Shown here piece after piece: positions 6,905 through 16,227 of a stretch of 27,352 nt of DNA (position 1 is the first letter of the stretch; each line of letters begins with the position of its first letter). Source of the DNA: Pseudomonadota bacterium (GTDB lineage Bacteria; Bdellovibrionota; Bdellovibrionia; Bdellovibrionales; Bdellovibrionaceae). The position numbers and the translations under genes are program-made. The DNA is taken from NCBI GenBank assembly GCA_041178425.1, contig JBEGVH010000002.1:1-27352 (forward strand). The letters run 5' to 3'. The notes under the pieces are model-generated. The model searched no databases and was not told the origin of the DNA. It worked only from the letters and a program-made list of their open reading frames with translations.

Positions 6905-8080
6905 TCAAACAGATATCAGCACAACGAGGGCCACAACCAACCAAGAGGGCAAACACCAAATTTCAAGCATGATAAAACCTACAAGAACATAAATAACGTC
7001 TTTTGCGCCAGAAACAGCACTGACCCAAACGGGGTCGTAGAGGGCTGCAAGCAAAAGACCCACCACCGCCGCATGGATACCAAGCATGGCACTCTGTACC
7101 TTTTTGACCGAGCGCAGATGCTCCCAAAACGGCAGACCCCCAAAAACTAAAAGAAAAGAGGGTAAGTACACCGCCAGCAAACAAACCGCTGCCCCCAACC
7201 AACCATGAGGTTCCTGCGAAGACACCGCACCCAAATAGGCCGCAAAAGTAAACAGGGGTCCGGGCAACGCTTGCGCTAGCCCATAGCCCATCGTAAATAA
7301 TTCTTTGCTGATCCATCCAGTAGGGATCACTTCTTCTTGCAATAATGGTAGCACTACATGACCACCACCAAACACAAGAGACCCTGCGCGATAAAAACTA
7401 TCAATGAGTGCTATTGATGAGGAGGGGTTTAACTCTCTCCAAAGCGGCAAGAGAAACAGTAGCGCCGCAAAGATAACCAAGGCGAAAGCTCCAAAGGTCT
7501 TACTGAGGCCACTTTTTTGGAACTCGTGAAACGATTGTGTTTTAGTTTCGAAAAAAACACTTCCCACTATGCCCGCGACCGTGACCACAAATATCGGAAC
7601 AAAGACTCCTTTAAAAGACAAAATTGATAAGCTCGAAACAAAAGCGATTAAAATGCGACTACGATCGGGACAAAACTTTTTTGCCATTCCCCAAACCGCC
7701 TGAGCCACCACCGACACAGCCACTAATTTTAGACCATGGAGCCAAGAAAGCGGATGGCCTTGCTGAACAGAGTCTTTAAAAAATAATCCCATCAAGACTA
7801 AAAAAATAGCCGAAGGCAAGGTGAATGCTAACCAAGCGACCAGAGCTCCAACCAATCCACCTCGATAAAGTCCAATCGCCAAACCAACTTGGCTACTCGC
7901 TGGACCAGGGAGAAACTGACAATGAACCACCAAATCGGCATACGTCTGGTCACTCAACCATTTTTTTCTTTTCACAAACTCATCATAAAAATAGCTGAGA
8001 TGAGCAACCGGTCCACCGAAAGAAGTTAAGCCCAAACGTAAAAATGTTAAGAACAACTCTAGTCGCTTCAAGGCTGCCAC
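6905..8080 (-). CDS. chrA: Chromate efflux transporter (CHR family, long chain)
   Basis: GLTSFGGPVAH, CQFLPGPASSQ, GSLVFGGGHVVLPLL and AQALPGPLF. Confidence 0.93.
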   Translation of the reverse strand: MAALKRLELFLTFLRLGLTSFGGPVAHLSYFYDEFVKRKKWLSDQTYADLVVHCQFLPGPASSQVGLAIGLYRGGLVGALVAWLAFTLPSAIFLVLMGLFFKDSVQQGHPLSWLHGLKLVAVSVVAQAVWGMAKKFCPDRSRILIAFVSSLSILSFKGVFVPIFVVTVAGIVGSVFFETKTQSFHEFQKSGLSKTFGAFALVIFAALLFLLPLWRELNPSSSIALIDSFYRAGSLVFGGGHVVLPLLQEEVIPTGWISKELFTMGYGLAQALPGPLFTFAAYLGAVSSQEPHGWLGAAVCLLAVYLPSFLLVFGGLPFWEHLRSVKKVQSAMLGIHAAVVGLLLAALYDPVWVSAVSGAKDVIYVLVGFIMLEIWCLPSWLVVALVVLISV

Positions 8081-9204
8081 GATCTAAGTTTCGAAAGGCC
8101 TACTATACGGCGAACATAGGGAACATTCTCCATCACCCAATCAGCAAAGTCTTTATGTTTATGCTCGGGGTTTAAGACGGGCTCCAATAAGGGGAGAAAG
8201 TTATGAAACCCACAAAGCTTCAGCATCTCAGTCTGCACAGCCAACGACCTCTCATAGTAAGGCTTCAGGTCTGACTCAAGAAATACGGTTGGAACCAACG
8301 CAGAATAATAACCTGTGGGTGTGCGAATGAACATGTCATTTACGGCTCCGCAAAAACCCAGTTCCGGCTTCATATAGGGTTTAATCTCTTCTGGAAGCCC
8401 AACGGCCCAGCCTAAAAGAAGCACTCCTTGCCATCCCTTGATCACTCGTTCAAACCGATCGGTTTTTTCTTTTTCAATGGGCTGAACATTTTTGATCTTT
8501 TGGGTCTCCACAAAATTTCTTTCGAAATTCAAAAGGCGAACAGCGCCCGAATTTCCCGATTGGGTTTGAGATGTACTTATAAGCTGACTGATTTTCCGAA
8601 TGGCGAGTAGGCCTTCTTTGGTATCTCCCTTAAGATGCATTTTAATAAGATGGGCTTGGGCAAGTTTAATGAGAGTTGGATTGATATCAATCAGTTTTGC
8701 TATATGAGCCACGCGAGCACTTGCGCCTGAAACGAGCGCTTTGCCGAAAAGCCCTTCGTAATTCAAATTGCTGCGCAAATCCCACAGTCCATACTTTTGA
8801 ATCGAATTGAGCCAATCGGTGTAAAGGAATTGGAGTCGAGGATTTGCCATGAGATTTTTAAAATACTCTTCATTTTGGACGAGAGCCGTCAATTGAGACT
8901 CCATCTCTTGGAGCGCGATTCCTTTGGTATTGAATGGGTCGTCGTAACCCAGGTTAGAGATTTGCTCGTCGATGAAGGGTTCAGCGTTGTGCACATTTTT
9001 TGCTGGGCTGAAGAGATTCTCCTTTTCGAGAGCTTTGAGATCGTCGATCAACGCTGGTAACTGCGATTGAACAGCATCCGTGGCCGATTTTAGGTTAGGG
9101 AGATAGGAGCAGGAGACGTAACTAAAACAAGTTATCACCACAACACTATAAAAACCGAAAATTGAGAGAATGATCTTTGCGAACGTTTTGAGAGCTTTAT
9201 TCAA
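8068..9204 (-). CDS. Hypothetical membrane-anchored exported protein
   Basis: 378-aa ORF with an N-terminal hydrophobic segment. TTG start preceded by GGAGG. No recognised family. Confidence 0.75.
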   Translation of the reverse strand: MNKALKTFAKIILSIFGFYSVVVITCFSYVSCSYLPNLKSATDAVQSQLPALIDDLKALEKENLFSPAKNVHNAEPFIDEQISNLGYDDPFNTKGIALQEMESQLTALVQNEEYFKNLMANPRLQFLYTDWLNSIQKYGLWDLRSNLNYEGLFGKALVSGASARVAHIAKLIDINPTLIKLAQAHLIKMHLKGDTKEGLLAIRKISQLISTSQTQSGNSGAVRLLNFERNFVETQKIKNVQPIEKEKTDRFERVIKGWQGVLLLGWAVGLPEEIKPYMKPELGFCGAVNDMFIRTPTGYYSALVPTVFLESDLKPYYERSLAVQTEMLKLCGFHNFLPLLEPVLNPEHKHKDFADWVMENVPYVRRIVGLSKLRSWQP

Positions 9205-9426
9205 ACACTGCCTCCGTCAAACCAGATTAGAGAAACCAAAATACGGCCCCATCACTCACTTATCCTCGGCAAGAATCAAAAAACCTGCAAGTGGCAACTC
9301 TGCGAATAATCATATCTTCGCTGTGAATTTCATTTTTTTTCAGCTCTTCACTTAGAATAAATTATGATGTATAAAGCGGCTCGACAACGAATACCTTTTC
9401 TTGTTAAAGCCCAATCGGAAGGTAAA

Positions 9427-9654
9427 ATGAATCAAGAACCGAGAAAAGAAACCTCGAATGCTGTTATTAAGGATTTGGTGAAGGTTTTTCTTTTACCAAC
9501 CCTTATTAATAAATTTTTTATGCTCTATTTTGGTTTAAACTATTCTGAACATCCTGGCGAAGGTTATGGTTATGGCTTGGTAGCCACTCTTTTATTTTTA
9601 GCATTCACCATCGGCCGCTTTTTGTGGAAGTATAAAGACATCGAAGATCCATAA
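9427..9654 (+). CDS. Small two-TM membrane protein
   Basis: ATG 9427 after GGAAGG; two hydrophobic segments flanking YSEHPGEGYGYG; 25 bp upstream of the ATPase gene. Confidence 0.7.
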   Translation: MNQEPRKETSNAVIKDLVKVFLLPTLINKFFMLYFGLNYSEHPGEGYGYGLVATLLFLAFTIGRFLWKYKDIEDP

Positions 9655-9679
9655 ACATTTAGATCAGTAAGGAGTCGTC

Positions 9680-12085
9680 ATGAAGGAGCTACTTGGACTT
9701 TCCAGCGAAGAAGCTCAGCACCGATTCCGAGAATACGGCCCCAACGAGATTGTTCCCTCAAGGGTTGAATCTCGATTGGCCGAAATTAAAAAAGTTCTCC
9801 TCGATCCCATGGGTTTAATGCTCCTTGCCCTCGCCGCGGTCTACGCACTCCTCGGCAACAGCTCAGACGCGATCGTATTACTTATTGCCTATGTTCCGGT
9901 AACCGCCGTTGATGTGTTTTTAGAGCTGCGCGCCCAAAAAGCCTTGCAGTCATTAAAATCCAACCTGGCTCGCTCGGCGAAAATTATTCGCGACGGGAAT
10001 ATACAGGACATTCCCATTCGTCTCATCGTACCGGGCGATGTGATTGTTTTTGAAGAAGGACAATCATTCCCTGCCGATGGAAAAATTCTCGAGGCCGAGC
10101 AAATTCTCGTTAATGAGGCCAGCCTTACCGGCGAATCCATACCCATCGATAAAAATAAAAGCGACCAATTCGCTGCTGGAACAATGCTTATTCAGGGTCG
10201 TGGATTGGGTTTTGTAGAAGCCACCGGAAAACAAACTCAATTCGGCAAAATTGCGCTTCTCCTCGAAAAAACTCTGGCGGATTCGACTCCGCTTCAGAAA
10301 AAGGTTCAAACGCTGGTAAGGAAGCTTCTGATTGTCGCTTTTGTTTTAGCCTGTGGACTCTTTGCGCTTGATTATTATCGTCATCAAAGCTTTGGGCACA
10401 GCCTCATCATTGCTTTAACCTTCGGAATGTCGGCCGTGCCCGAGGAATTCCCCTTGGTCTTTACCCTCTATTTGAGCATTGGTGCTTGGCGACTATCTCG
10501 CCACGGCGTGCTCGTGAAGTCACTTCCAAGCGTCGAAGCCCTCGGAAGTGTCGATCTCATTTGTACCGACAAAACTGGCACCCTCACCGAAGGCCGCTTC
10601 GACTTGGAGAAAATTGAGCCCCTTCATCCTGCGTTTTCATCAGAAACTTTATGGATGATGGCCCTCATGGCTTGTGAGGAAAAAGCTGTGGATTCTATGG
10701 AAATTGCGATCATGGAAAAGGGCAAAGACTCCCTCGAAGCACTCAACCATTGGAAGCTCAAATGGGATTATGCTTTTGAGCCTCATGGTAAACACATGTC
10801 GCACGTTTGGGAATTCAATCATAGCGAGCGGGCCGTCATCGCGATGAAAGGTTCTGTTGAGGGCGTGCTAGAGCATTGTTCTATCACTGAGCAAGAGCGA
10901 TTAAAAATTCAGACTTTGGTAGATCAGTATGCCGGCCAAGGAAAACGTCTTCTCGCACTCGCCTACCGCGAAGGTCCGATGACCGGTGACCGCCTCAGAG
11001 ATGAATCGAATCTGCGATTCCTTGGTCTCATGGTTTTTCATGATCCAGTAAGACCCTCCGCTGTTGAGGCCATTCATAAATGCCAACAGGCTGGCATTCA
11101 AATTAAAATGCTTACTGGCGATCACCCCTTAACAGCCCACGCTGTGGCCGATCAAACGGGAATCTCTCACACTCATGATGATTTTTTTACGGGGCATGAT
11201 CTTGCCGCCATGGCCAAAGAGGACCGTTGGAAATCCTATCAACGAGGATCGATTTTTTCTCGCGTTCTCCCCGAACAAAAACACGAAATGATTCAAGCAT
11301 TCAAAGCGCAAGGCCGAATCGTTGCTATGACCGGAGATGGTGTGAATGATGCTCCAGCTTTAAAGCTCGCCGATATCGGAATCAGCATGGGAACTAATGC
11401 TACAGACGTAGCACGATCAACCGCTCAAATGATTTTGATGGAAAATGACTTTAAAGGAATTGTTGAAGCTGTCTTTGAGGGTCGACGCATTTTTGCTAAT
11501 CTTCGTCGCAGTTTTTCTTATCTGGTTTCGTTTCACCTTCCAGTGATTCTTTTGACTCTAGTGCCGCCAATCTTCGGATGGGGTGAAATTCTCCTCCCCA
11601 TTCATATAGTATTACTCGAAATGATCGTTCACCCTATTTCAGCCTTTTCGTTTGAAAATCTTCCTTCGGAAACCAATGTTGCCAATGAGAAGAAGCTTCT
11701 TCCAACAAGACGGTTTCTAGAGGCTCTGCTTGGCGGAGCCTTTTTGAGCTTTGGTAGCCTTTACCTTTTTCGAAAGTGCGAACTCAATTTCACAAACGAA
11801 ACAGCACGCGCCGTAGCGCTCTCAACCGTTCTTTTGGGTAATATCTTTTTTGTCATTGTTGAAACGTGGCCCCATAAAACGCCGAGAGTTCTCATCACTC
11901 TTGTTTCGCTATTGGGGCTGTCGCTTTTTATCACCGAGTTCAGGCCTGCCTCCAGCCTATTACATCTTGGTGAGATTACTTCTTCGCAGTTTTTTGAAGC
12001 GCTTTTCGTATCACTACTCGCCTCAGTCCCTTCGTTTCTCCTGCGAAGAAGTCAGTCAATGGTGCATGAAAACCAAGTAATTTAG
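9680..12085 (+). CDS. Cation-transporting P-type ATPase (type II-like)
   Basis: TGES, PEEFP, DKTGTLT phosphorylation site, TGDH and MTGDGVNDAPAL. SD AAGGAG. Confidence 0.95.
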   Translation: MKELLGLSSEEAQHRFREYGPNEIVPSRVESRLAEIKKVLLDPMGLMLLALAAVYALLGNSSDAIVLLIAYVPVTAVDVFLELRAQKALQSLKSNLARSAKIIRDGNIQDIPIRLIVPGDVIVFEEGQSFPADGKILEAEQILVNEASLTGESIPIDKNKSDQFAAGTMLIQGRGLGFVEATGKQTQFGKIALLLEKTLADSTPLQKKVQTLVRKLLIVAFVLACGLFALDYYRHQSFGHSLIIALTFGMSAVPEEFPLVFTLYLSIGAWRLSRHGVLVKSLPSVEALGSVDLICTDKTGTLTEGRFDLEKIEPLHPAFSSETLWMMALMACEEKAVDSMEIAIMEKGKDSLEALNHWKLKWDYAFEPHGKHMSHVWEFNHSERAVIAMKGSVEGVLEHCSITEQERLKIQTLVDQYAGQGKRLLALAYREGPMTGDRLRDESNLRFLGLMVFHDPVRPSAVEAIHKCQQAGIQIKMLTGDHPLTAHAVADQTGISHTHDDFFTGHDLAAMAKEDRWKSYQRGSIFSRVLPEQKHEMIQAFKAQGRIVAMTGDGVNDAPALKLADIGISMGTNATDVARSTAQMILMENDFKGIVEAVFEGRRIFANLRRSFSYLVSFHLPVILLTLVPPIFGWGEILLPIHIVLLEMIVHPISAFSFENLPSETNVANEKKLLPTRRFLEALLGGAFLSFGSLYLFRKCELNFTNETARAVALSTVLLGNIFFVIVETWPHKTPRVLITLVSLLGLSLFITEFRPASSLLHLGEITSSQFFEALFVSLLASVPSFLLRRSQSMVHENQVI

Positions 12086-12094
12086 CTTCTAGAT

Positions 12095-14077
12095 TCAATC
12101 TTCGAGCGCCGTTTTAATTGCTTGAATGGAACTGCACTGATGATTTTGCTGTTCAAAAGAACTAATGGCGTCTTTCATTAGGGCGGTATTAAGTAAACTG
12201 TAACTAAACTGACCCTGTGAATTCTTATTGAGGTCGCTGAATAACTGACACTTAAAACTTGGATCTTGGGTGTTTCTTCCCTTCAAATAGCTATCAACCC
12301 AATCGACGGGCACGATCAATTTTTCTTGTACAAGAATCTGATAGAGCTGAAAAGTGGCAAGCCATGCTTTATATTCGCTATGGAGGCCACGTTGAAAACC
12401 CCATCGAATCCAATTTTGAACACTTTCTCTATCGGCCGCGCTTAACTGCGCCAACGTTTGGAATTTAGCGGCGAGGCCCGCCATCGTGTTTTGACTGTCT
12501 TGCGTGCTAAAATAATAGCTGGCCTTCACTAACTCCGGGTCTAACCGATGGAGCGTTTCATGGATAAAAATAACCCACCACGAATTGTGGCTCATCTTAG
12601 AAAAATCCATAAAAATATTTTGATGGCGTCGATGCTCGCCAGCGGCCGCTTCGGAGGGAGTTAAACGACTCAAGCCACGAAGATCAAACAATGTCCATGC
12701 TCCCTTGGAATCAAAAAGTTGAAGGGCAGAAATATAACTGGCCACCTGTGTGTTTATACTCTTTGAGAACGTGCCAATGGTCTCTTGGTAAAACACACTT
12801 CGCAAGGTATTCATAAAATCAAGTGTTTCGCCGGTGTCAGACAAACAACTCTCAACTTGAGTTAAATCGATTTCACCCTTCATCGAGCGGGAGAACAGCT
12901 CCTTCGCCACGGCTATACGGACTTCGTACTCTGATTCCCAACTTTGAGACACCGTTTTGAAGTTGTTATCCAAAGGAGCCCAGGAATTCAGCGAGAGCCG
13001 TGCGGCCACCGCCGCCTTCCAAGGCTTTAAAATCTCACACACAACGGCGTTAGAACGAGTTGCAAGACTCTTGGTCGCACCCTGTTCGATAAGGCCTTTC
13101 GATTGAGAGTCTTTGTAAAGTTCACCCTGCACACAAGACATATAATCGAATTGATTCACAGTAAACTGGGTAGGCTGATTCGAAACGGTATCAAAGAGAG
13201 GTGTCTTCGTTCCAAAGTCAGACGGAAATATAGGCACAAACCTTGCCTTGTACTTTTCGGGGTCGACAATAGGACGGTTATCCATATCGAAAATCTGATC
13301 ATTGCGCATAAATATTGGAAAGCCATTTTGGGTAATCAACCGAAAAGCTGGAGTTTCATCATCAGCAAAGTTAACTCTCACTTTTAAGTTGTATTGATTA
13401 CCAATGGCAGTGTTCAACTCACTGGAGGGGTCTTCTTCGGCATCAAAAGAGGAAAGCGCCATTGATTTTAAAACAACCTCTTTGCTCGATTCGCTGGGCT
13501 TGGATTTCCAACCCGTTAAGTAACCTAAAAAGCAGTGATAGGCGATTTGTCGATTAGCTTCGTCAGTTATGTCGGTTGAAATCGTGCCCAGCGACTTAAA
13601 AAATTCGTAGGTCACCACAAAGTTGGGATCGGCCCCCGAGGCTTCTGCAAACTTTGGATCTTCAAAGGCACTAAACATCGATTTCACAACTTCAGCATCT
13701 AAGAGCCTACAGTATTTTGTTTTTTGAATACCGTCGATTTGCATCTGCAGCTTAGGATAGGCACCCATCACTCCCCGAGCAGAATCCCCAAACTGGCAGG
13801 TGCGCCAGCTACTTTCAACGTTAGCGGCAAAGATTTCTAATCCTAAGGTTTCACTTTGGTCGATGGGCGGGATGATTTCAAATTTTAAATGCGGGCCATT
13901 GTAACCGCCTCCGTTGCCCGAATAGGAAAACTCGCTAGGAGCCTGAAAGAGCGAACCTACTGAATCATAAAGAGTATACGGCTGGCGCCCACAGTTTGTG
14001 TAGGCAACCCCAATGAGGGCACTTCCCAAAAGCAGTGCCAAGAGAGAGTAAACTCTTTTTATTTTTACTTTTCCCAT
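12095..14077 (-). CDS. Hypothetical lipoprotein with C-terminal HExxH zinc-metallopeptidase-like motif
   Basis: Signal peptide ending VAYTNC, then GNGGGYNG; IHETLH with a downstream SEYKAW. SD AAGGGG. Confidence 0.8.
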   Translation of the reverse strand: MGKVKIKRVYSLLALLLGSALIGVAYTNCGRQPYTLYDSVGSLFQAPSEFSYSGNGGGYNGPHLKFEIIPPIDQSETLGLEIFAANVESSWRTCQFGDSARGVMGAYPKLQMQIDGIQKTKYCRLLDAEVVKSMFSAFEDPKFAEASGADPNFVVTYEFFKSLGTISTDITDEANRQIAYHCFLGYLTGWKSKPSESSKEVVLKSMALSSFDAEEDPSSELNTAIGNQYNLKVRVNFADDETPAFRLITQNGFPIFMRNDQIFDMDNRPIVDPEKYKARFVPIFPSDFGTKTPLFDTVSNQPTQFTVNQFDYMSCVQGELYKDSQSKGLIEQGATKSLATRSNAVVCEILKPWKAAVAARLSLNSWAPLDNNFKTVSQSWESEYEVRIAVAKELFSRSMKGEIDLTQVESCLSDTGETLDFMNTLRSVFYQETIGTFSKSINTQVASYISALQLFDSKGAWTLFDLRGLSRLTPSEAAAGEHRRHQNIFMDFSKMSHNSWWVIFIHETLHRLDPELVKASYYFSTQDSQNTMAGLAAKFQTLAQLSAADRESVQNWIRWGFQRGLHSEYKAWLATFQLYQILVQEKLIVPVDWVDSYLKGRNTQDPSFKCQLFSDLNKNSQGQFSYSLLNTALMKDAISSFEQQNHQCSSIQAIKTALED

Positions 14078-14178
14078 TTTAACCCCTTGAACTGGCCGCC
14101 AGTCCTTTGGCGACTCTTAAATCATAATCGGCTTTTTTATAAAACTAAAGAAGTTACCAATTCACAATCCAGTTTTCG

Positions 14179-14454
14179 TTAGAACGTTAAGCAAGAAAAC
14201 ACGAGGTTATTCTTAAAAAGAGACAGTTGCTTTCCCTCAGCATTCCCTACGGCAATACTGTCGGCCATCTGACTCATGTTTGGTGCGATGGAAATAGTAA
14301 GTTGGTCACCCGAATAGCTTGCATAGAAACTTTGACCATTCACTTTGATCGGCTTATTGTTGCTAGCGTGCTTTAAAACGACACTCTCTCCTATATTAAT
14401 GGTTTGTTGAATATGCACCAGCGGGGTGTAGACGAAGAATTTTTGCAAATCCAA
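14179..14454 (-). pseudogene. Probable 3' remnant of a gene (no credible start)
   Basis: Protein-like C-terminal ~83 aa. The TTG start has no SD and lies inside the upstream fragment, in another frame. Confidence 0.4.
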
Positions 14455-14596
14455 GGCGCTGCTCGCGCTGCAATCTAATCTTGGTGAGAATCGATTTTAC
14501 CTGCTTTTTTACAAGTTCGGTTTTTCCCTCTTTGATCAGAGCATCCCACTCATCTAATTGCGCTCTTAAATCATCCTTACCTTCTTGCTGTTGCAT
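14396..14596 (-). pseudogene. Probable 5' remnant of a larger helical (TPR-regulator-like) protein
   Basis: Amphipathic helical N-terminus (LDEWDALIKEGKTELVKKQV...FAKILR), then an abrupt short tail. Family assignment is from recall only. Confidence 0.4.
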
Positions 14597-14854
14597 AGCC
14601 TTTAATTAAGGTTTTTAAATGCACCAAAAGCAAGCTCAAATTCCAAATCTTCTGTTTGGCTCCGATCAATCGATTCAAATACTTACGGAAGATGCAGCCT
14701 CTTTTTGAGACGCCTTCGTATTCGCCCAGAATACGCTATTTAAGCTACTGAACTACTATAAATAGAAATACCTTACTGCGTGTTGCAAACTGTTTTTAAG
14801 AGCATCACACCTGAACGTCATCACCGCTCAACAAACTATAAAAAGGGAGCAACG

Positions 14855-16162
14855 ATGAACAAATCAAACAACAACATAAATACTCTCCGAACAAAGATGA
14901 TTCTGAGAATGTTAACGGCTTCAACCTGCCTTATCGGCTGCGCACAGAGCCCCTTTGATCTCTCTCGGCTCAATGCCAATGAAAAGGAGCTTTATTCTTC
15001 TGAACTTCTCAAGCAATCCGAGTCACGCTCAACTTTATCCACTGAAACTACTCCTGGTGTGTCAGCCGGGAACACAGGAACTGATACAATAGTTCCTATT
15101 GCGCCCCCAATAGACCCTTGTCAGCTTTCTGGGTTTCAACTTTATCAGGACAAAAATCTTGATGGTCAGATCAGCGACGATGAATACTTAGGCTTACTAG
15201 CTGCCTACTCTGGCTCTCTCTCAGCAGCTCAAAATTACGGTTACTCTAGCGCGTCCGCCCACCCCAAAGCGGGCCCTCAGCCGGAGGCTTTTAAAAGTAA
15301 GCTCTTTCTCTATACTGATTCTGAGGGTACTCATCTCAACTTTTTCAATAATGTCGACTACGACAAAGCGAAGGCTGGATCGGCACATAATAAGGTCGCT
15401 TGGGATATTACGGTCAAAGGCAATTCCTTGGTGGACGATGTTAAATTATCAGACGATAAACTTGAACTAAAGAAAATACCGATGGCTCTTCAGCAGATTT
15501 ATCCACCGGCACCCATTAAGGTTAATAAATATCAAGCACGATGGGAGTACTGGCGAAATACCGATGGCGGCATTATTGGCCCCATTAAAGACTCCTCCTC
15601 AGAAATTAAAATTGAGATGAAAACACTAGGCGACTTAAAGAGCGTCGAATTCGCATCGGCGAACGGATCTGTAACGAAAGTACTGGCCAGCCGAAAGGGA
15701 CTGAGGTTTGTGATAAAATCGCAACTCACGATTGACCAGCCAATGACTACCATGACATCGGCGGATGGAGTCGCTTCGAGCTTGCCCATCTGTGGACCAC
15801 AAGAACCAGAAGTCTCCTTAGTGATCAACCCTGTTTCTAAAGTAGATATTCTGACTTATGACCAACTGTGCGATAGCAGACCAGGCATGATGTGCCCAAT
15901 GATGATGAGACTGAACGATGTGATAGTTTCGGGCCTTGTTAATGGTGGCTTTGTCGGAGGTGCTGGTTCTAGCCCGCAGGCCACAGTTAAATTTTCTCAA
16001 AGGTACCTTGAGTGCGAAGCCGAAGCCAAACAAGCCCTCGCCCTAAAATTACCACTCGTAATTAAGGGACATGGCAATGGTTTCGCGAATACAACCAACG
16101 AGGTTATTAATCTCTCAGATATTACCGCTTGTTTCGTAGATAGGCCGGCTAAAGCTCTTTAA
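14855..16162 (+). CDS. Hypothetical lipoprotein with EF-hand-like loop
   Basis: SD AAGGGAG before ATG 14855; lipobox LIGC; Ser/Thr/Pro linker; DKNLDGQISDDE; Cys-containing C-terminal domain. Confidence 0.8.
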   Translation: MNKSNNNINTLRTKMILRMLTASTCLIGCAQSPFDLSRLNANEKELYSSELLKQSESRSTLSTETTPGVSAGNTGTDTIVPIAPPIDPCQLSGFQLYQDKNLDGQISDDEYLGLLAAYSGSLSAAQNYGYSSASAHPKAGPQPEAFKSKLFLYTDSEGTHLNFFNNVDYDKAKAGSAHNKVAWDITVKGNSLVDDVKLSDDKLELKKIPMALQQIYPPAPIKVNKYQARWEYWRNTDGGIIGPIKDSSSEIKIEMKTLGDLKSVEFASANGSVTKVLASRKGLRFVIKSQLTIDQPMTTMTSADGVASSLPICGPQEPEVSLVINPVSKVDILTYDQLCDSRPGMMCPMMMRLNDVIVSGLVNGGFVGGAGSSPQATVKFSQRYLECEAEAKQALALKLPLVIKGHGNGFANTTNEVINLSDITACFVDRPAKAL

Positions 16163-16188
16163 AACTGATCCAAATAACCATCTCGTCA

Positions 16189-16221
16189 CCCTCCGGACCA
16201 AAACCCTCTTGGTCCGGAGGG
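16189..16221. terminator. Hairpin between convergent genes, probable bidirectional terminator
   Basis: CCCTCCGGACCAA-7 nt-TTGGTCCGGAGGG, a perfect 13-bp stem followed by CTTATTT. Confidence 0.75.
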
Positions 16222-16227
16222 CTTATT

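Noticed and set aside
14628..14646. Sigma54-like TGGAAT...TTGCT on the minus strand
   Set aside because: GG-to-GC spacing is 11 nt rather than the required 10.
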